Positions 1 through 11,200 of a stretch of 64,000 bases of DNA are shown here, in pieces. Below the pieces are notes generated by a model. That model was not told the DNA's origin, searched no databases, and saw only the letters and a program-made list of their open reading frames with translations. Source of the stretch: Sporopachydermia quercuum (Eukaryota); the NCBI GenBank assembly GCA_001599295.1, contig BCGN01000003.1:620001-684000 (forward strand), written 5' to 3'. A program made the translations under genes and the position numbers. Numbering within the stretch: the first letter of the stretch is position 1; each line of letters opens with the position of its first letter.

Positions 1-742
1 ACCCCTGAATTATATTATCAAATCAATCAAAGACATCAATCAATCAGTCAAACCGGTTTTCATTGAATATGAAAGAATCATAACAAAAGGAGAACGCAAA
101 TATTGGATAATGACTTGATTTGCTTATATAATTAAACAATTGTACAGAAGATTCAGCCCAATCCACAAACAAGGTAAAATCAGTATTGAATACATCTACT
201 GAAAGTCTGAACTTAACTTGANTGACTCGGTAACGAATGTAAGAGTTTCATTGTTATTCAGCTGTTTCAATGAAAAATAATTGAAATACCACCGATTGCA
301 ACTATTCAGAATTTAAAATAAACTAATTTCTCTCCACTCATCTTCAGTTCCCATCTTTACATCTCCATTTGATCTTAGCTTGAGTTGAAAGTGATTCAGA
401 TCTTGAAGCATGGTAGATCGACTAGATCGATCATGGAAACTTTATATTGGAAAGTGAACTCGTTACTCTTTGTTAAGGGGAAAAAGTGAACCAACAGCCA
501 AGTCTAGGGAGTCAAAAAATTGGAAACCCCTTATTCTCAGTTCATCAATTATTCTTAACCTTGGCGCTATATTTAAATAACATATATATACATGAAAATT
601 TCTGGGAATTTAATGTCCCTTTTTTTTTCTCTTCTTTTTCTTTCCATTTTTTGTCTTCTAAGAATATAATATTTAGTTTTTATTCTTGTTTGACTATCTA
701 TACTAGATTCACCACTGGAAAGATCTATATAATAGAACCAAG

Positions 743-1453
743 ATGCAATTTCTTACTGCTGTATCATTATCATCACTTTTAGCTTTGAAAGCTTTGGCTC
801 AAGCCCATGGTGAGGAGTACGCCCAAACTATGGGTCCTGTTGCCCTGATGTACCCTGATGACCGTGCTTGGGATGCTGCTATTGATAACACTGCTCCTTG
901 TGGATCATATGCTTCAGTCGGTAACAGATCTGAGTTCCCATTGACCAATGGTTTTGTCGCCTTAGTTGCTCAAGCTGATGCCTGGGATGTTGCTGTTAGA
1001 ATCTCTTACAGTCAAAATCCTACTTCCAATAATGATTTCGACGAAATCATCCATGGGAATTTGACCGCAGAAGTTGATGTTGGTCACACTTGTTTCTACC
1101 TTCCTGACCAGCCTTCCAACATTGATGTTGGTGATGTTGCTACCATTCAATTGGAATACATGGCTTTGGACGGATCTGAGAACATTTCACACTTTGCCTG
1201 TGCTGATATCCAGTTTGTTGAAGAGAGTGTTTTCAAGAGGACTACCGGAGCTTTGAGTTGTTTCAATGCTACTGTTCAAGATGATGATGAAGAAGATGAA
1301 GATGAAGAAGAAAGTTCTGCTTACAGTGCTGATACTGAACCAGTTGCTGCTGCTACCACCTCCACTGAAACTTCAGAGGACAGTGCTGTCGTTAACAGTT
1401 TATCAGGACCTGTTTTGGCTCTTGCTGGTTTGGCTGCCGCTTTCTTGATGTAA
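743..1453 (+). CDS. Secreted, probably GPI-anchored protein with a copper acquisition factor BIM1-like (X325-related) domain, 236 aa
   Basis: Signal peptide, then MGPVALMYPDDRAW..APCGS..NRSEFPLTNG, GHTC, FACADI and CFN motifs (4 Cys). Acidic Ser/Thr stalk and hydrophobic C-terminal GPI-type signal. Confidence 0.75.
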   Translation: MQFLTAVSLSSLLALKALAQAHGEEYAQTMGPVALMYPDDRAWDAAIDNTAPCGSYASVGNRSEFPLTNGFVALVAQADAWDVAVRISYSQNPTSNNDFDEIIHGNLTAEVDVGHTCFYLPDQPSNIDVGDVATIQLEYMALDGSENISHFACADIQFVEESVFKRTTGALSCFNATVQDDDEEDEDEEESSAYSADTEPVAAATTSTETSEDSAVVNSLSGPVLALAGLAAAFLM

Positions 1454-2218
1454 ATTATTTTCAAAAACAACTTTTATCTTAGATTCTATTAATGTGAATT
1501 TGTAATAACATTATACATTTATTGATCCTATCGTCTTTTAATCTAACTATTGGTTTCAGTAGAAAGTTTTCATTTTAAAATGATCAATACGCAACAGAGA
1601 GCGTTCATGGAAAAGTGGCGAACACCAAATTACAACAACTATGTGAACGTCTTAGAGAGGTTTCTACCTAAATACTAAGAATTAGCCGATGAATACTTCT
1701 ACTAATGAATAGAATATAACAATTGGCGATCAAAAAATCACCAGCAGACTTTTCATATAAATACTTTATTTCTGATGGTATTTGCTTTTTAGTTTATTTC
1801 TTTGTCGATTCATTTTCTCCATACTTTTTATGCTATAGAGATAAAAAAGATAAGCAGATCTTATAGATAAAGCCTGCGAGAGACCCTGCGAAATACGAGA
1901 GACAACTCCAATTAAGGTTGCCACTTTAATGCCTTAAAGAAGCGGTATACTTAACTTTAAAACACTTACATTGCATTTGCGGACTCCGGTTGACAAATCC
2001 CAATCGATGACTGGTGGGTGGACTTCGTAAGAAATATAAGTAAATGGAGCTTACAATTAAATTATCGACTATTGGATAGAAGTTGTAAGATATACAACAC
2101 CAAATTAAAATATTTACAAATCTGTGGAAGAAAGTATAAATAAATTAGTCATAAAATTTTATTTACCAAGGGCCAGTATGAAGGTGTATATATATGTACG
2201 TTAAAATGCTTGTCATGT

Positions 2219-2962
2219 TTAAAATAAAGCAGCGGCAACCAAAGCAGCAACACCAACCAAACTAGAAGATAAACCGTTGAGGTTGGCAGCATCCTCGGAA
2301 GAGCTAGTAGAACTAGAGCTATCTGCAGCTTCGGTTTGAGAGGAGGCTTCGGTAACAGTAGTGGTTCCGGCTTCGCTGGTGGATTTTTCTTCATAGTATT
2401 CTTCTTGACCGGAAGGAGAGGTGGCATTGAAGCAACCTAAGGCATATTGAGAACCATCAAAAACGGATTCTTCAACGAACTTGATATCAGCACAAGCATA
2501 GAAACTTTCATTGATAGTGACATCGTCCTTGAGATCATCGGCGTAGTATTCCAATTGAAGAGTAGCTACATCACCAACCTTGACATCGCTGTCCTGATCA
2601 GGAACGTAGAAACAAGTGTGACCATAATCAACTTCAGTGGTCAAGTTTCCAGAATAGAATTCTTCAAAATCACTTTCCTCTGTAGGATTAGATTCGTGAG
2701 AAATCTTAAGAGAAACATAGTAGGCATTTTGTTGAGAAACTAAGGAAACGAAACCACCAGTCAAAGGAAATTCAGATCTGTTACCGACTGCAGCATTGGA
2801 ACCACATGGGCCAATATTATCATCATCAGAGTCCCAAACACGATCATCAGGATACAAAAAAGCAACAGGTCCCATAGTTTTTGCATACTCAGCACCATGT
2901 TGAGCAGCCAAAACTGGGACAGCCAAAAGACCAGCGGATAAAACAGCAGTTGCGAATTTCAT
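2219..2962 (-). CDS. Paralogous secreted/GPI-anchored BIM1-like domain protein, 247 aa
   Basis: ATG at 2962 (MKFATAV...); the ORF track extends it with a non-ATG start. Aligns end to end with 743..1453 (MGPVAFLYPDDRVW, GPCGS, GNRSEFPLTGG, GHTCFY, YACADI, CFNAT). Ser/Thr stalk and hydrophobic tail. Confidence 0.75.
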   Translation of the reverse strand: MKFATAVLSAGLLAVPVLAAQHGAEYAKTMGPVAFLYPDDRVWDSDDDNIGPCGSNAAVGNRSEFPLTGGFVSLVSQQNAYYVSLKISHESNPTEESDFEEFYSGNLTTEVDYGHTCFYVPDQDSDVKVGDVATLQLEYYADDLKDDVTINESFYACADIKFVEESVFDGSQYALGCFNATSPSGQEEYYEEKSTSEAGTTTVTEASSQTEAADSSSSTSSSEDAANLNGLSSSLVGVAALVAAALF

Positions 2963-4535
2963 TATGATTGATGGAGTATTGGTGATAATCGTTAACAAAG
3001 AATTATTAATTCAACTTGATAATGTTTCGCAAGTAAAAGAAGGAAAGTGATAAAAAAATATTAACAAAGATTCAAAAGAAAAAGAACTATTGGGATTTTA
3101 CCTCTTATTTATCTTATTTATTAAAGCAATCGGAGTTCGATTTCTCCGATTTCTTTACCATCATGAAGATCCAATGTTAATAATTTGCTTACGTACAATA
3201 TTACCATTTTGAGGTTTAACGTTTAACTAGAGACAAGAAAGTGTGAAAAATGTAAACTTTATTGAAACCTTTCCAAATGCTTATTAAATGTGATACTCTT
3301 CGATGCTACTAAAGAAGAATATAGAAAGTATAAAGAGATAGAAACTTCGAATTGAAAGGTATATCATCTGTTTTTTGTTCATAACTAGAAGGTTCGAAAT
3401 TAGGTTTATGTAAATTTTCAAACCGAAGTTCAATAGAGTCTTTCACTTTGTGTTGTGCTATATATATAGTCTTTACTAGTAGACCCAACTTTAGCGTCCT
3501 ACTAGTTTATTCTTCTCGTCTTGTCTTCTTGGGCCGAAATCAATTATCGTAAATTGAATCTACAGGAAATTGATTTTCAGACACCGTTCTTGTAAACACT
3601 CGATTTCATTTTATGAAAGGAGAAGTCTTTTTTTTTCTTTATAATATTGATAGGGAAATTTTCATTTAAACTAATACTTTACTCGTAAGAAATTTAATAA
3701 AAAGGAAAAGCACCAATCAATTTTTTTAAAGTTTGGCTAACTTTAACTAATTGAAACCCTTCAAGTACTGAATTAGAATAGTAATGATTTCTAGGTGTCC
3801 CCTGAATAACTACCCTGAATGACTTGAATGAAAGTAAATAGAGTATTATTAAGTGAACGCAAGTTTAGAGTTGATTAGCTCTTGCAAAGGAATTCTTATC
3901 CATCGCATCAGCTCATCTGTACGGATGAAAAATTATGTGGCTCTTTTCATAGAACTGTTCGATCAAAATATCTCGATAGAATAATCCTATGAGCGTTGAA
4001 TGTAATATGTATGGGGCCGTGTGGTGATAGATCGTTTGGCAAATGAAGGTAAGAGGAACGTAGTTAATTACAAGGTACTAGAATCAACGAAAAAAATTAG
4101 CAGGAATCATGGTAGATCCATTGGATCAGAAACATTACAATAGTTGACGCTACTTGTAAATATTTATTTATACAGAAAAAGAATTGGGTAGAAACTCCCT
4201 CGCGAATCATTAAAAATAACAATGAGTATGAGTACGTGACTATGTGTTTGCTTTCCTAAGGGTCGCGCTACATGAACTGCCAGTGCTGATTCAACGGAAC
4301 AAGATACCATTCATGCAAAAAAAGCTCTTGACTCTTCTATTTTCCATATATTGGTTTCAGAAGCTAATACTGCAAATAGTAGTAGAATAGTGGAGTACAG
4401 ATAGAAAACAGCTCGAGATGAAAAAGTAAATAAGTTCTCCGTCTGTTTGCTATTCGATCTTCAAGCATCACAATGGCTAGATAGTTCTAACAACGGTTTC
4501 TGATATCATTCGACGTACTTTTTCTTCTTTAGCTT

Positions 4536-6185
4536 CTATGTTGATATTCCTGTAGAATCCTCTTTATCTCCATCATTGCCAATATCATGAATGTCATTGT
4601 GCTCTTCATCATCATCATCATCATCATCGTCGTCGTTATCATTGTCGTCGTCTCTATTATCATCGTCGTCATCATCGTCATTGTCATCATCATCGTCGAT
4701 TGGTGGTGCACCGATTCTCTTGACCAAGACCTCAACCAAATCACTCCATTCTCTCATACCTCCCATACCAATATCGCCACATACTAAAACCTTCTCAACA
4801 GGTTTCAAAATCTCAATCCAGGGAAAGTCATTAGCAATCACATCGAAATGCTTTTTGGTCATAGGATTCGTATACATAAATGTATTCATTGCTGGTGCTA
4901 CAAGAATCTTTTGAGCCGGATTCCAAGCCCTAACAACAGAGGTAAGCAAGTTATCACACAAACCATTAGCAATTTTGGCCAACGAGTTCGCAGATAAAGG
5001 AGCAATGAGCATAATGTCGGCCCAGCGACGTAGTTCAATATGTAAAATTGAGTCATTCTTATTGGACCATGAATACCATTCATCATCTTCAGTCCAAATA
5101 GGAACTTCTAGAGGAATCTTGAAAGCTTTGAGGAAATGCATAGCGGGTTTAGTAACTACCAATTGAATGGAAATTCTTTCTGAAGTGTACATTTCTAATA
5201 ACTTGTTGATAATTAACGGAGCTTTGATTGTCGCAACTGAGCCTGTGACACCAAGTAAAACATGAATCTTTCCATCATCTTGCTTTTGGAAAAACTGTGA
5301 TAAATGCTGAGGAGTCCATTTTCTAGATTTAGGAGTCATAGGAACATTTGTGTTTCCAGACCCAGAAGTTGCAGAAGCTTCTTTAACGCTATCTTTGCTT
5401 CTACTGGGAAATGTAGTTACACTGGGACGAGATGATATGTCTCCAGAACCTGAACCGGAACCAGGTGAAGTAGCAGTTGGCAATTGATGATGGACATGAA
5501 AAGGTTCACCAGTAGGGAATTGAAACTTGGGAGAAGCCACAGAAGATGGCGATTGCGGTCTGCTGGACAGGGATGGAGCACCATCGGGGGGAATATCTAA
5601 TCTGATATCAGGACTATCAGTTCTGTTAGAACGGTCAGACCCATCGCCAGAGTTACCAGAAATCTTATAGCCACTCATCGATGCGTTTATATTCATTTTT
5701 TCCATTTGTTTTATCATGTCAACTTTCCTGGTTGTGTTTCCATCTTTAGAACCTCTTCCAGAAGGAATTCCCGTAGGAAGAGTACTGAGACCAGTTGATG
5801 ATGGGAGACGAACAGATATACTGCCTCTATGCGACCTCTCTTCAGTTGAAGGCTCGTTGAACGAGATAGAGGGTTTTCGTACTATCTCTACACCTTCAAT
5901 AGTAGCTAATTCTGATGTAGAACCACTCAAATGAGTAGCACCGGCAATAGCTGGTGGAACACCTACATCAGTTAGAATATCTCTGGCTCCCGCTGTTTCA
6001 GTAGGTTTTGAGATAGAAGCACCAGATCGGACCATGATAGAAGATGGTTTCTTTTCTTTATCATTATTCACTTGTAGGCAGTAACGAGGTTCCTTTGAAG
6101 CATCTTTCCCAGCTTCTTTGGGTTCCTTAGCTGGAGGTTCTGGCGGTTCAACTGGTTGGTCCGAAGTACTTGTCGATTCACCCAT
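4536..6185 (-). CDS. CAB3: Phosphopantothenoylcysteine decarboxylase subunit (Cab3/Hal3 flavoprotein family), Cab3-like, 549 aa
   Basis: IHVLLGVTGSVATIK, HIELRRWAD, PAMNTFMY and the Cys-containing KVLVCGDIGMGGMREW motif typical of Cab3. Long disordered N-terminus and Asp-rich C-tail. Confidence 0.85.
   Translation of the reverse strand: MGESTSTSDQPVEPPEPPAKEPKEAGKDASKEPRYCLQVNNDKEKKPSSIMVRSGASISKPTETAGARDILTDVGVPPAIAGATHLSGSTSELATIEGVEIVRKPSISFNEPSTEERSHRGSISVRLPSSTGLSTLPTGIPSGRGSKDGNTTRKVDMIKQMEKMNINASMSGYKISGNSGDGSDRSNRTDSPDIRLDIPPDGAPSLSSRPQSPSSVASPKFQFPTGEPFHVHHQLPTATSPGSGSGSGDISSRPSVTTFPSRSKDSVKEASATSGSGNTNVPMTPKSRKWTPQHLSQFFQKQDDGKIHVLLGVTGSVATIKAPLIINKLLEMYTSERISIQLVVTKPAMHFLKAFKIPLEVPIWTEDDEWYSWSNKNDSILHIELRRWADIMLIAPLSANSLAKIANGLCDNLLTSVVRAWNPAQKILVAPAMNTFMYTNPMTKKHFDVIANDFPWIEILKPVEKVLVCGDIGMGGMREWSDLVEVLVKRIGAPPIDDDDDNDDDDDDDNRDDDNDNDDDDDDDDDEEHNDIHDIGNDGDKEDSTGIST
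4604..4700 (-). repeat. GAT/GAC trinucleotide tract encoding the poly-Asp tail of CAB3
   Basis: (tca/tcg)n run on the + strand. Confidence 0.9.
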
Positions 6186-8761
6186 AATTATATGATGATA
6201 TGATTGTTTGAGAAAAAAAGTATTGAATTACAAATCTATTGAATAGGATCGAGAAATAATGGACCTTGCAAGTCTGTTTTACTTGCAATCCTTTCTGCTT
6301 CTCCTAAACTCTACTTCTTGTTAAAACTATCTACTATTATGTGGATTTTTTCTCTCTGATTCTTCCTCCTAAGCCACTGTATGTGTTTCACAGAATTCCA
6401 CCAAAAGAGAGGTACCGTAAATCCAATATTCTTCACAAATTTCAGTTGCCAGTAAATCCTAGCGCAATTACAAGTTGATTTGAGTATTAAAATGTAATCA
6501 GAGCTACATAGATACATTCATTTATGTTGTTTCATACTACTTCCGCAGATTTATTTCTTCTGATCCAGAAAAAAAAAAAGATCGGGGCAAGGTTCATTCC
6601 ATCTCCAACAAAGCAATTTTGAGGCAGATGGGAAACGAAATTTGTCCATCTCATACCGCACATGCATACCAGCTGCATACTCAATGCAGGATATTACTCT
6701 CAGGATGGAATATTCCATAGTAAAAGTATTCTTCTCTAGGACAGAGGACTACCGGAATCTTAGTGGGGAAAAGTGCTTGCAGAAGTATGCATCCTTGTGC
6801 AGAATAAAAAGTTTAAAAACTGTACATCTGCCTCAATCTGGTAACCACATCGTTGTTCGATGTAGTAGTTAAAAAAGTGGTGATTGTACTAAGAAAAAAT
6901 CTGTTTGTTTACTAAGATGGTATGCAATTATTTTTGTTTACTTTTGAGCGTTGAATAGAGATACAGTAAATTTTGCTATAAGTCATGGTTGCTGTTGTAG
7001 TTGAATGAATAAGAGGTAAACGTAACGGAAATCGAGAAAGTTGTCTTATGTATCGAGAGGAAAGATTCTGTGATGTGCGTACGGGTCAAACATTTAGGAG
7101 TCAGGAGATCAAGATTGTGAATATGATTTGTGTACCAACTCAATTCTCTATTAAAATGAGATCCCTTGTATTAAGAAGTATTTGCTTCCAATCTCTCGTA
7201 CATTCATTGTAGCTGATTGCTTTGTTCACAAGTCTTACATTTTATCTTTTTTCATTGTCTTCCTGTTTGCTTACTTCTTACTTCTTTCTTGTTGGCATTT
7301 TGTCTTGCCTTGTTTTCAGAAATCTATGCTATATTTTTAGACACAAAAAGTGCGGAGGAAACAAAGTTAAGTGATTTTGATGCAAAATACTGCTAAATTA
7401 CGTAATTGGGTTAGTATATTCTGAGTCAATAAAAGATGTCAAGTAAGAACCGAAAACATATGGCAGAAACAAAACAATTAAATAATCCTAGTTTCAATCG
7501 GCACTACCAGTTAACTCATTTATTTGGAATGGAATGCTTTATTTGCTTGTTTATCGTTGAGGGATTATTTTTTCTTTCAAAAGTTATTNTGATTTCATTC
7601 TGTCTGGTATATATCATATCAGTCGAGATAAACACAATGATATAAGTGCTGCATAGCAAAGGGTACGAAAAGGTAAGAGTTTCAAGCCACCATCACATTC
7701 ATAATCCTCTCCCTTGTACCCTAGTACACACCGATTAACTGTTTTTCTTTTAAATCACAATACTTTCTTGATACTAATGAAACACTCCTGCCCTACCTGT
7801 TTTAAAGCAGTAGCATTTGTCCTGAATCTAAACAGTATGCAACTTCCATGCAGCCTATTTCTCTGTCGCATTAAAATGTGACTAAGGCATACAATCCGCG
7901 GTTCCCAATGAATTGCCGGATTCAGGACCCTTGCGTTGTTTCCGACACTTTATTACATTTTCTGAGAAGTAGGAATCAATCCCGATGAGCAATGGAAGTT
8001 CTTTGATGGTTGTTGTATCGATAAAGAATTCATCTAACACGAAAATTATAAGGTATGTTCGTACCATCAAGAGAGAGACTCATGGTATCTAGACTCTCTG
8101 GTCTTTGTAAGCGTATTAATAATGTACATATATATGTCTCTCGACTCAATTTGAACCCCCGCCTAAATTACTACGACAACTTTATGATTTTTATAGCATT
8201 AATCAAAGTATGATTTGTAAAAAGACATGTTCCAACCAATATTTGAGCTTTCTAAAACACCCATACTGCTGCCTTTTTTACTGTTTCCTCAAAGTATTAC
8301 TGTCCCATACCAGATATGTAGTAGTACTTTCATTTTCTTTATGATCACGTCTCCCTTTGGTGAGAAGGACCTGGGGTATGAATTATGGAGCGCGACGGTT
8401 TAAAATTGCGGTTTACTTCTACTCATATCATGAGAGGTAAATATTGAATAGATAAGAAGAAATACCAACTTTTTTTGAACAAAAGAAATCCATTTCGAAG
8501 TGTTCTTTGGTAGTGGATAGTGGGATTCTTACATGTTTGACTTAGTTTGGGAAATTACTCATTCGATATATTGCTTCTTCTGACAGTTCCTCTTTCACCA
8601 CAAACAGTTCAGGAGCTATCGCTTAGGTTTACTTAGTAGAATAACAATCATTCTAGCAGTTTTATAGATAATCAATCTTACTTTTTTGGAAAGGTTTGAA
8701 TGAGATAGCTTTAGAAGGGGAGATAGGAAAAAGTGAAGGAAACGATTGCTTGCTCTTCACT

Positions 8762-10093
8762 ATGGCGACCCCAATTACTAGTTATTCTGAGTCGAAGAAT
8801 GATAGAGCACCTAATCATATAACATATCAAGATAAAAGTAAGAGAAGGTCAATTCCTAGCATTGAAGCCTCTTATAGGGTTGCGGCTAAGCTTTTTCTTA
8901 CAAAAAAGTTTGTAAAGTCGTGGAAGCAGCTTCAGCCATTGTTGACCAAATCGACACAATATAAGAAACAGAATGTTATTCCTAATAACGTTTGGATCAA
9001 CATATGGAGTTTATATTTAGCACTGATAGATGTGGCAGCAAAAAATTGTATGGCATATAATGATCTGGGTGTTCAAACACAAGACAGTTATTCTGAAGAT
9101 GGAGACAATGATACCAGAAGTGTTGATAGTAGTGGAACTTCTTCAGTTTCTAGTAGTCCTTACTCTTCAGTAATTCTACCGCCAGTTTCTGAAGATATAT
9201 GGAATAAATCAACACGAATAATGTTAACTACGAAAATTCTTGATGGTTCTTTGTGGACTGAGATACAAAATGCCACAGGAGAAAACAGCATTATTGACCC
9301 GGAACTTGCTTTATCCATATCGTTATTGGAATCACGATTTTGCTATAATGATGCGTTGCTCATGAACTCCAAAACATTTATTGAGCATTATTTGACTTCA
9401 GTTGAGGTATCATTATTAGAAACGCGTGAGATTGTTTCTTACAACAAGCTACTAGAGCTTTACGTGCTGCGAATCCTATCCAAGTTACGACTATGGGATG
9501 AGGCTGAAGAATTTATCGATATATGTCCATTAATAGATGAAGTGAAGAAACAGCTTTTCAGAAAATATTTAGGCAAGGAAAAAGAACGTCAAGCAGAACA
9601 GGAACAGATACGAAAGCAAAAGAAACATCAGTTGCAGTTAGCACTGCAGAAGAGAAGAGAAATAGAGAAAGCACAGGCTGAGTCGAAGCAGAGAGACAGG
9701 GAAGAAAAGGAGAGAAAACAGCAAGATTTAATACAGCAATCAAAACAGAGATTGAATGAATATGTAGAGAAACACCAGGAAGCCATTGAAAGCTCGGACG
9801 GGAATGACAATCAGTCCCGAAAAAGTGGTTCCAGAAGGTCGAATTCGCTCTTCTCCAATCTGTTCACAGATTTGTTAGTGCGACTATACCGATTTTATGA
9901 TAGAGAGCAAGGTAATTTCACATTCAGAGTAATTGTGAGCTCTTTGATACTATTGTTTTTTCCTATTATTTATGCAATCAAAAGGAACGAATCGGTTAGA
10001 AGAATTGTAACTCTCATTCGAACATTATGCCGTTTCTTGTGGACTTATATCGTGAAAACTCTTTCTATGGCTACAAAAGTCACATACATATAG
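8762..10093 (+). CDS. PEX26: Pex26-type tail-anchored peroxin (Pex6/AAA complex anchor), 443 aa
   Basis: First ATG at 8762. SYRVAAKLFLTKK, IWSLYLALID and LLELYVLRIL..WDEAEEFI blocks, a coiled coil, a C-terminal TM segment and terminal ..MATKVTYI resemble fungal Pex26 (..MGVKVSYI). Confidence 0.7.
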   Translation: MATPITSYSESKNDRAPNHITYQDKSKRRSIPSIEASYRVAAKLFLTKKFVKSWKQLQPLLTKSTQYKKQNVIPNNVWINIWSLYLALIDVAAKNCMAYNDLGVQTQDSYSEDGDNDTRSVDSSGTSSVSSSPYSSVILPPVSEDIWNKSTRIMLTTKILDGSLWTEIQNATGENSIIDPELALSISLLESRFCYNDALLMNSKTFIEHYLTSVEVSLLETREIVSYNKLLELYVLRILSKLRLWDEAEEFIDICPLIDEVKKQLFRKYLGKEKERQAEQEQIRKQKKHQLQLALQKRREIEKAQAESKQRDREEKERKQQDLIQQSKQRLNEYVEKHQEAIESSDGNDNQSRKSGSRRSNSLFSNLFTDLLVRLYRFYDREQGNFTFRVIVSSLILLFFPIIYAIKRNESVRRIVTLIRTLCRFLWTYIVKTLSMATKVTYI

Positions 10094-11200
10094 AAAGCTT
10101 CAGATTTTGTGAGTATGTAAATAGAAAATGGTTTGCTCTAGAGAATCTTAGAAGAAAGCCTGCGGGAAATGGGTTCTTATGTTGAGACTGAACAACACGC
10201 GGTACGATGACGTTGTTGTTTCAAACGTACGTATTCTTATAATGATTTTGAATAATATTTAATATGTAATTGATGTTGAGCTCCCTTTGAGCTGGATTTG
10301 ATCCTAAACTATTTTTCTACGATCTTTATTATCGATTAACCATCAATTGATTGACAATCACGTCAGATCTGTCGATAAGGTTTGGCGTTATAGACACTAG
10401 ATCTGTTGAGTGCGACTGGAGACGGACAATTCTCTCTGTCCCTTAACAATTGTGACATAAAAGTTCGTAAATGACTATCTTGGGATCAATTGAGAGGAGA
10501 TGAATAATACAAAATGGGCAAATGGACTCCGCTCGTTGAAACAGATGTCACATACTTCTTTGATTTAATTCAAATAATTCAAATCGGAACAAATGGAATA
10601 ACTATTTAATTTCACACTATACTTAAGTTTAATACAATAGACCATCAACATGTCAACAATTCCCTAAATACTGTGTCCCATTCCAAAGCAAGACATTATC
10701 AGGACACGAATCAAACGTTCACGTAATCTATAATCCTCCCAAAATTGTTGTTACGACTTCATTCAAAACAACTTGCCTGTTAATCCGCATTACTACTGAG
10801 AAAACGGAGAAACGGACAACATTCCCCATTGTATATTAAGGAATGTTCAACTATTCAGAAATTTGATCATTTCTCATCAACGGTTTTACACAATTAATTC
10901 AAGAAATTGTTACTTCGATCAATTGATTCTTCTATTTACATTTCCTTTGAGTTTTACCCATTCTCTTGGATCAACGCAATCAAGTACTATACATCGTTAG
11001 TCACTTGCTGTTATCTATGGCAACGTATTGTTTGCTAGAATAACCATTTAATCAAAGCGAACAACTATTGTCTCATTGTTTTACTCTCAATCTATTGATT
11101 TATATCAAAATCATTACACACACATTGCCTTTCCTCGGCTGAAAAGTAATCCATTCATTACCGCTCTTTTACTTGCAGTTACCTAGATACATTGTGAACA

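Noticed and set aside
4529..4914. Short ORFs overlapping the CAB3 3' end (poly-Ser, poly-Ile, poly-Met)
   Set aside because: Alternative-frame and antisense readings of the poly-Asp trinucleotide tract.
7882..8070. 62-aa minus-strand ORF running into a GTATGC donor
   Set aside because: Splicing to the 7393/7390 acceptor gives a stop within a few codons, and no motif is recognisable.
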